Source: Candidatus Krumholzibacteriota bacterium
GTDB lineage: Bacteria > Krumholzibacteriota > Krumholzibacteriia > JAJRXK01
Direction: 5' to 3'
Assembly: GCA_963764625.1 (NCBI GenBank)
Contig: CAVXTH010000005.1
Location: 64,001-128,000 of the forward strand
DNA: 64,000 nucleotides
Positions 58,049-64,000 of the stretch are shown in pieces. Each line of letters starts with the position of its first letter. Positions within the stretch are counted from its first letter, which is position 1. The translations under genes were made by a program, and so were the position numbers. Under the pieces are notes generated by a model that worked only from the letters and a program-made list of their open reading frames with translations, was not told the DNA's origin and searched no databases.

Positions 58049-58963
58049 CTACTCCCCCCCTCCCGAGAAGCGATAGCTCAGACCGAATTGATGCGTCGAT
58101 TCGAGAATGCCTCCACCGGTGGAGAAGGCGTAGTCGAGGGTCGCGCCGTGAAAGTGCACCCCAAAGCCGGCGCAGAGCTTGTTGGGATCGGTTTGCAGAC
58201 CCGCCCGGAGATCGAGCACGTCGAGAATGCCGAACTCGGCTCCGCCATGGACGCGAAACTCCTCGCCCACGCGACTGCGGATGTCGAACGCGGTGGTGAC
58301 CTGCTCGTAGGGCTGGTAGCTCACGCCGATGGCCACCTGTTGGATGAGCTCTTCGCTGTCGTCACCGATCGTGGGATTGTTGATGTTCTTGGCGATGAAA
58401 CCGATCTTGGTCCGGTCCCACACCTCCACGATCCCGGAGATGTCCAGACCGGTGGCCCAGGCGTTTCCCGGGTCGATGCCGTTGCTGCCGTCACCCGCCA
58501 GACCGATGCTCTGTCCGAAATCGAGATTGTAGAAGTTCAGAGTCCACCCGACGGCCGCGCCAGAGGCATCGTCCTTGAAGAGCTGGAATCCATTGGAGAT
58601 GGAAACCGTATATTCGCTGAGCAAGCTCGTGCCTTGATTCTCGACTCCCAGGTGCCGAAGGCCGATGGCCACGCCACCCCAATTGCCCGGTAAGGGCATT
58701 GCACCCCCGACCGTGGAGAGTCGGTTGTAGCTGCCGTTGTTGGGCTCGGCCGTCGCCACCGCGGCTTGCGGTGTCGTCATCCAGGGCAACAGCGCGGGGT
58801 TGTTGTAGAAACTCCAAGCATCACCGTCGACGGCCACCACGGCTGAACCCATGGCACGCGCGCGCGGGCTCACGGCCAGATCGTCGAACGCGGCCCAAGT
58901 GCTCGTCGCGACGAGCAAAAACAGCGGCAACAGCAGGAGAATCGGAGTTCGTTTCGCTTGCAT
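58049..58963 (-). CDS. PorV/PorQ-like outer-membrane beta-barrel protein
   Basis: AGGAGG RBS, signal peptide, SPRARAMG...YNNPALL, LDLRAG, LDYAF, THQFGLSYRF. Confidence 0.8.
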   Translation of the reverse strand: MQAKRTPILLLLPLFLLVATSTWAAFDDLAVSPRARAMGSAVVAVDGDAWSFYNNPALLPWMTTPQAAVATAEPNNGSYNRLSTVGGAMPLPGNWGGVAIGLRHLGVENQGTSLLSEYTVSISNGFQLFKDDASGAAVGWTLNFYNLDFGQSIGLAGDGSNGIDPGNAWATGLDISGIVEVWDRTKIGFIAKNINNPTIGDDSEELIQQVAIGVSYQPYEQVTTAFDIRSRVGEEFRVHGGAEFGILDVLDLRAGLQTDPNKLCAGFGVHFHGATLDYAFSTGGGILESTHQFGLSYRFSGGGE

Positions 58964-58976
58964 TGAGCCGTGCCTC

Positions 58977-61900
58977 CTATCGATCCAGGCGTGACGCCAC
59001 GACCACGGGCATCTGCTTTTCGTTGGATCCGTTGCTCCCGGTCGAGCGCGTCTGCAGGTGAGCCACGTAAGCGCCAGCCGGTACGAACTCGCCGAATTCA
59101 TCCGTGCCATCCCATTCGATAGTTGCCCGGTTGTCGTTGAATACCGAGTCGAGGGGTTTCACTCGGCTGTCGAATAAGGTCTTCACAAGGGTCCCATTCA
59201 TGTTGAAGATTCTCAGGATCACTTCACCGTTTTTTGCGATGAGATCGGAGCTGAGGTTGATCGTCAGCGGATAGCGCTCGCCATCGCGCGGAAGGAAGGT
59301 GAAGGGCGGCCCGTCCAGAGTAATGGCGTCCACCAGGAGAGGTGCGAGAGCCGCGGTGATCCCCGGGGCCGCGATGGCGTTTCCATTTAGATCCGCCACT
59401 CCGCTCACGCGTACCGACCAGTTCTCCTCCAGTCCCAAGTTGCGATCGAGGTTGAGCCGGATCCGGGTGGTCGATCCAGAAACGAAAGCGGCGCCGGTCA
59501 CCCCGGCGGTTTCCGAGGGAGAGTTCGTCTGGAACACCTGGTAATTGCTGGAGTTCGTCGCGGAACTCGCTTCGACTGCTTCGCTGAAGTCGATGATCAC
59601 CGTCGAGGCGGTCTCCAGGCTGGCTCGGTCGATCCTGGGCGGCGAGGTGTCACCGGCCTGGCCTTCGAAGATGTCGCTCACCAACCCCACGTTGACCTGA
59701 TAGGTGCTCCCGAACAATCCACCCGCGCCGCGCGCGGTGATCGTGGTGCCCGTGGTGAAGGTGGGCGCATTGAGCGTATCCACCACGCGGACGTCGATCG
59801 GACCCGAGCCGTCGTTCACCGTATAGTTCACGCCGGGGCCTGCGACCGCCTGCGCGGTGATCGGTCCGGAGATTTCGATGAAGGTCCCTTCCCAGTTGTT
59901 GCTGGCCGCCGCACCGGTGGAGAGCTGCGCCGCCGAGGGCCGCGGATTCCCGCCCGACAACAGCGTCACTTCCGTCGGATTTTCGATTTCGACGGTGGTG
60001 AAGTACAGAGAGACCGTTCCCGTCACGCGCACCGCATTCCCTATGGTGCGCGCGGCCGCCACGCCGAAGCCATTGCCGAAGAGATTGATCCCCCTGCCGG
60101 AGGAATCCTGAATGTACCCGGAGGTGGTCGTCCCGCGGTAATCGCTGGGGATGTACACCACGCCTTCCACCGTGACCACTTGACCGTCGTAGTTCGCGGG
60201 ATTGGCCTGGATGGTGGCGATGGGAGTGGCATTGGAGGTGGTGTAGGTGAAGACGGCGGTGTTGCTGCCCGCGATCAGGTTCCCCGCCAGATCTTTTACG
60301 TTGCTCACCGAAACGGTGTAGGAAGTGTCCTCGGTCAGGGAGGACGAGAGGCTCAGCGTGACGTGGCTCCCGTTGAGGGATGCGCCGTTCACCGCGATGG
60401 TATTGGCGGGAGTCGAGGTCTGGAACACCTGGTAGTTGCCCGCGGTCTGGGCCGTCGTGGTATCGAGGGATTCGTTGAAATTCACCGTGACCGAAGTGGC
60501 TGACGAAGCGCTCGCGCCGGTGACGGTGGGCGGAGTGGTGTCGACTCCGCCTCCGGTGGACACGTCGCTGACCAGACCCACGAGCACTTGAAAGTCGGGA
60601 CTGAACTCTCCACCCGCTCCGCGCGCGGTGATGGTGGTTCCAGTGCTGAAGCTCGGCGCGCCCAGAGTATCGACGATCCTGACCACGATCGGTCCCGATC
60701 CGTCATTGACCGTGTAGTTGGTCCCCGGTCCGCCGACTGCCTGCGCGGTGATGGGACCGGTGACCTCGATGAAGGTTCCCTCCCACTGCGAGTTGGCCGC
60801 CGCGCCGGTGGAAAGTTGCACTGGTGAAGGCCGCGAATTGCCGCCCGACAGGACCGCCACTTCTGTGGGATTGGCGATCTCGACGGTGGAGAAGTAGAGG
60901 GAGACGGTGCCAGTCACCCTGATCCGATTTCCCACGGTCTGCGCGGCCGGAACGTCGAAGCCACTGCCAAAGACATTGATGCCGCGACCCGAAGAATCCT
61001 GGATGTAGCCGGAGATGGTGGCGCCACGGTAGTCGCTGGGGATGTACACCACGCCCTCCACCGTCACCACTTGACCGTCGTAGCTGGCGGGATTGGCTTG
61101 AATGTCCGCGATGGAAGTGGCGGAAGAAGCGCTAAAGCTGAAGGTCGCCGTATTACTGGTGCCAATCACACCGCCCTGCGTGTCCTCGACATCGGCCACC
61201 TCGACGGTGTAGCCCACTCCGTCGCTGAGCGAAGAGCCCAGACTGAGGGTGACGCTGGAGGTCGCGGCGCTCACCCCGACCACGCTCAGAGGACTTCCTG
61301 GCTGCGCGGTGGGATAAACCGTGAACGACCCCGGGTCGCTCGCGCTGGCCGCGTCGATCGCTTTGTTGAAATTCACTACCACGGTGGTGGCGTCGCTGGC
61401 CGAGGCATCGCTGACCGCGAGTTCCACCGGCCCCGCGGTGGAGACGTCGGAGAGGGCGCCCACGAGCACCTGGAAAGTGGTGGAGAAGGCCCCTCCCGCG
61501 CCACGCGCGGTGATCGTGGTGCCGTTGCTGAAGCTGGGCGCGCTGAGGGTGTCCACCACCCGTACGTCGATCGGGCCCGAGCCGTCGTTGATCGTGTAGT
61601 TGATACCGGGTCCGGAGACCGCCTGGCTCACGATGGAGCCGGTCACCTCGATGAAGGTGCCCTCCCACTGCGAATTCGCCGCCGCCCCGGTGGTGAGTTG
61701 GACCGGTGAAGGCCGCGGATTGCCGCCCGACAGGACCGCCACTTCGGTGGGATTGGAGATCTCGACCGTGGTGAAGTACAGAGAGACGGTGCCGGTCACC
61801 CTGATCCGGTTGCCCACGGTCTGCGCGGCCGGAACGTCGAAGCCGGTGCCGAAGAGATTGATGCCGCGACCCGAGCTGTCCTGGATGTAACCGGAGATCG

Positions 61901-62399
61901 TGGCGCCGCGATAGTCGGACGGGATGTACACGGTGCCTTCCACCGTGACGACCTGCCCGTCATACGCGGCCTCGTTCCCTTGAATGTCCCCGATGGGTGT
62001 GGCGGAGCTGCCTCCCCCGCTGGCGGTGAAATCCATCGACGGCGCGCCCGAGATGGCTTGGCCGGTGGTGTTCTCCACGTTCTGCACCCGCATCGTGTAG
62101 ACCACGCCACCGGTCAGGGGGGTGGAGAGAGTGATCGTCACCGTTGCTTGTGACACCGCTGCGTTCGAGAGAGTGGGGCGGTTCCCCGTGTTGTCCTTCT
62201 CGAAGAGGAGATAGTTAGCGACCGTCTCGCCGGTCACGGGGTCGATGTTCTCGGAGAAGGTCACGACCACCGTGGACAGGTCGGTGTTCTCGACAGAGAC
62301 CAAGGTCGGCTGCGCCGCCGCGGTCGTGATGCCCAACGCGAGAAGAATCCAAAGGCTCGAGGCGGCCATGGTCATGGCCATTCCCAGTTTGCGTCGCAA
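58977..62399 (-). CDS. Secreted surface protein: alternating Ig-like (Big_5/SbsA-like) and OB-fold repeats with a C-terminal FlgD-type Ig sorting domain
   Basis: Signal peptide; 4 Ig-like units (VVVTFSE.ID...NY) alternating with 3 units PI..IQ...GQVVTVEG.V...YIQDSSGRGINLF...WEGTFIEV; C-terminal LRIFNMNGTLVKTL...WDGTDE.G..VPAGAY. Confidence 0.8.
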   Translation of the reverse strand: MRRKLGMAMTMAASSLWILLALGITTAAAQPTLVSVENTDLSTVVVTFSENIDPVTGETVANYLLFEKDNTGNRPTLSNAAVSQATVTITLSTPLTGGVVYTMRVQNVENTTGQAISGAPSMDFTASGGGSSATPIGDIQGNEAAYDGQVVTVEGTVYIPSDYRGATISGYIQDSSGRGINLFGTGFDVPAAQTVGNRIRVTGTVSLYFTTVEISNPTEVAVLSGGNPRPSPVQLTTGAAANSQWEGTFIEVTGSIVSQAVSGPGINYTINDGSGPIDVRVVDTLSAPSFSNGTTITARGAGGAFSTTFQVLVGALSDVSTAGPVELAVSDASASDATTVVVNFNKAIDAASASDPGSFTVYPTAQPGSPLSVVGVSAATSSVTLSLGSSLSDGVGYTVEVADVEDTQGGVIGTSNTATFSFSASSATSIADIQANPASYDGQVVTVEGVVYIPSDYRGATISGYIQDSSGRGINVFGSGFDVPAAQTVGNRIRVTGTVSLYFSTVEIANPTEVAVLSGGNSRPSPVQLSTGAAANSQWEGTFIEVTGPITAQAVGGPGTNYTVNDGSGPIVVRIVDTLGAPSFSTGTTITARGAGGEFSPDFQVLVGLVSDVSTGGGVDTTPPTVTGASASSATSVTVNFNESLDTTTAQTAGNYQVFQTSTPANTIAVNGASLNGSHVTLSLSSSLTEDTSYTVSVSNVKDLAGNLIAGSNTAVFTYTTSNATPIATIQANPANYDGQVVTVEGVVYIPSDYRGTTTSGYIQDSSGRGINLFGNGFGVAAARTIGNAVRVTGTVSLYFTTVEIENPTEVTLLSGGNPRPSAAQLSTGAAASNNWEGTFIEISGPITAQAVAGPGVNYTVNDGSGPIDVRVVDTLNAPTFTTGTTITARGAGGLFGSTYQVNVGLVSDIFEGQAGDTSPPRIDRASLETASTVIIDFSEAVEASSATNSSNYQVFQTNSPSETAGVTGAAFVSGSTTRIRLNLDRNLGLEENWSVRVSGVADLNGNAIAAPGITAALAPLLVDAITLDGPPFTFLPRDGERYPLTINLSSDLIAKNGEVILRIFNMNGTLVKTLFDSRVKPLDSVFNDNRATIEWDGTDEFGEFVPAGAYVAHLQTRSTGSNGSNEKQMPVVVASRLDR
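59668..62003 (-). repeat. Three intragenic direct repeats of the OB-fold module (about 560 bp cores, about 885 bp period)
   Basis: Near-identical segments at about 61441-62003, 60560-61120 and 59668-60230 (e.g. YIPSDYRG..SGYIQDSSGRGIN in each). Confidence 0.85.
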
Positions 62400-62661
62400 G
62401 GGTCCAGCTCCTTGGCTGACGGCCCCGAAGCGGGGTCGCCGATCGGATCTCAGCGGGGAGCGATCGAGTCACAGTGGAGAGGACGAGAGGCGCCCTTCCA
62501 AGATTCGCGGACCGCTGCTACCCGTAGGAAAGAGAAACTACGCTAGCAAACTCGCGAGTGTTGGGAAAGAAGAAGATGCAATTCTCCCGCAATTCTCTTC
62601 CGCGCGGTGGGAGGCGAGGCCACGACCACCGGATGAGGTGGAAGCAGAAAGGCGAAGAATA

Positions 62662-63132
62662 CTAGAAGTGTTTGGCCTCGACCTCGCGCAGAGCGGCGAT
62701 GACCGAGGCGGGAGTATCGGCGGCACGGAGCGCCGCGAGGAAAGAGTCGATGCGTAGCAGTTTGGAGATCCGCGCCAGGACCCTCAGTTGCTGTCCCGGG
62801 AGTTCGCGCGACCCCACCAACAGGAAGACCAGATCTACGGGTTCGCCGTCCACGGCGCCAAACTCGATGGGTTCGGCCAGATGGGCGATCATGACCACGC
62901 TGCCCGCGAGCTGATCGCTGCGGACGTGGGGAAGAGCCATTCCTCCTCCGATCCCGGTGGACTCCATCTCCTCCCGGGCCAGGATGGCCTTGAGCAGGAC
63001 CTGAGGATCATTGATGCGTCCGAGCTCTCCCAACCGGTCGACGAGGACTTCCAGACACTCCCCTCGATTCGCCGCTTTCAGAGAGGCGAAACAGAGCTCG
63101 GGGGAACAGTAGTTGAGGAGTTTCATCACCAT
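62662..63132 (-). CDS. PTS EIIA (Ntr/fructose-type) domain protein
   Basis: REEMESTGIGGGMALPHVR, FGAVDGEPVDLVFLL, LRVLARISKLL. Confidence 0.9.
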   Translation of the reverse strand: MVMKLLNYCSPELCFASLKAANRGECLEVLVDRLGELGRINDPQVLLKAILAREEMESTGIGGGMALPHVRSDQLAGSVVMIAHLAEPIEFGAVDGEPVDLVFLLVGSRELPGQQLRVLARISKLLRIDSFLAALRAADTPASVIAALREVEAKHF

Positions 63133-63164
63133 CGGTCTCTCCTCTCATGGAAGGCGTTCGAATC

Positions 63165-64000
63165 TCAGCTCGGGGCTCCAGCTCGCTCGCGCAGAAAGAG
63201 TTCCACCTGTTCCGCCACCGCCATGAAGGCCTTGGCGGACGCGCTCTCGGGCGAGGCCGCGACGATGGGAAGCCCATTGTCTCCGCACTCGCGCACCTGG
63301 GCTTCGATGGGTACGCTCCCCAGATAGGGGACGCCGAAGCGATCGCTGGTCCTCTTTCCCCCACCCTTTCCAAACACATCCTCTTCATGGCCGCAATGCG
63401 GGCAGACGAAGCCGCTCATGTTTTCGACCACCCCGACGATGGGCACTTTGGTCTCCTCGAACATCTGGATGCCGCGCACGACATCGATGAGGGCGACGTC
63501 CTGGGGAGTGGTGACCATGATCACCCCGCTCAGAGGAACTCTCTGCACCAAGGTCAGCTGAGCATCGCCCGTGCCCGGGGGCAGATCGACCACGAGAACG
63601 TCCAGCTCGCCCCAAACCACTTCGTTCAGGAATTGGGTCACCGCGCCCATCACCATGGGCCCGCGCCAGATCATCGCCTTGTCGCTGGGCACGAGGAAGC
63701 CGATGGACATGCACGCGATACCTTCTTTATGCACGGGAAGGATCTTGCGGTTGTCGGCCACTTTGGGCTGCTCGGTGATTCCCAACATGGTGGGAAGACT
63801 CGGTCCATAGATGTCGGCGTCGAGCAAGCCCACTTTCTGGCCGCGGCGCGAGAGAGCCAGCGCCAGGTTGGTGGCAACCGTCGACTTGCCCACCCCACCC
63901 TTGGCGCTCGCCACCGCGAGAATGGTCTTCACGCCGGGAAGCGCGGCCTGTCCCGCCCAGGGGTCGCCTGATCCAGCCGGAGGGTGCCCGTGCCCCGAGG
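63165..64000 (-). CDS. mrp: Mrp/ApbC (NBP35) iron-sulfur cluster carrier ATPase, 5'-partial
   Basis: SAKGGVGKST, DADIYGPS, IWRGPM, DLPPGTGD, VTTPQ, ENMS.F.CPHC; frame stays open to the window edge. Confidence 0.94.
   Translation of the reverse strand, partial: SGHGHPPAGSGDPWAGQAALPGVKTILAVASAKGGVGKSTVATNLALALSRRGQKVGLLDADIYGPSLPTMLGITEQPKVADNRKILPVHKEGIACMSIGFLVPSDKAMIWRGPMVMGAVTQFLNEVVWGELDVLVVDLPPGTGDAQLTLVQRVPLSGVIMVTTPQDVALIDVVRGIQMFEETKVPIVGVVENMSGFVCPHCGHEEDVFGKGGGKRTSDRFGVPYLGSVPIEAQVRECGDNGLPIVAASPESASAKAFMAVAEQVELFLRERAGAPS

Noticed and set aside
59668-62003. Long direct repeats as a CRISPR array or mobile element
   Set aside because: Repeats are in-frame protein domains hundreds of bp long; no spacers, cas or transposase genes

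Overview
GC-rich, gene-dense bacterial chromosomal window, mostly minus-strand housekeeping operons (HU, lptD, ROK kinase, folC, accD, rimI, tsaB, tsaE, PorX-like regulator plus kinase, serS, pyrF/pyrE, M16 peptidase pair, mpg, ABC transporter, ctpA, tmk, pgsA-like, rsmI, split NAD synthetase, trkAH, ltaE, rsgA, mrp). The gene content (PorX-like regulator, PorV-like barrels, FlgD-type C-terminal domain, SWGxxK tail) suggests a diderm FCB-superphylum candidate lineage; this is inference. I saw no CRISPR array, rRNA, tRNA, IS element or prophage. Features not explained by the ORF track: (1) a selenoprotein (C-G-U, in-frame TGA at 2357-2359, SECIS-like hairpin) joining a degenerate UshA/5'-nucleotidase fold to a tetraheme cytochrome c; (2) a five-gene operon (52352-62399) encoding an OB-fold/Ig-repeat surface protein, two PorV/FadL-like barrels, a ComEA-like HhH outer-membrane protein and a 5'-nucleotidase, which looks like an extracellular nucleic-acid capture/salvage system; (3) a probable 6S RNA at about 21033-21212; (4) a single-AAA-domain Clp ATPase with an IGF loop; (5) OstA-LptD and GT-C/VanY fusions; (6) two sigma54-type promoter motifs. 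Several genes are frameshifted, probably by sequencing indels. All family assignments come from motif recognition by eye, not database searches.
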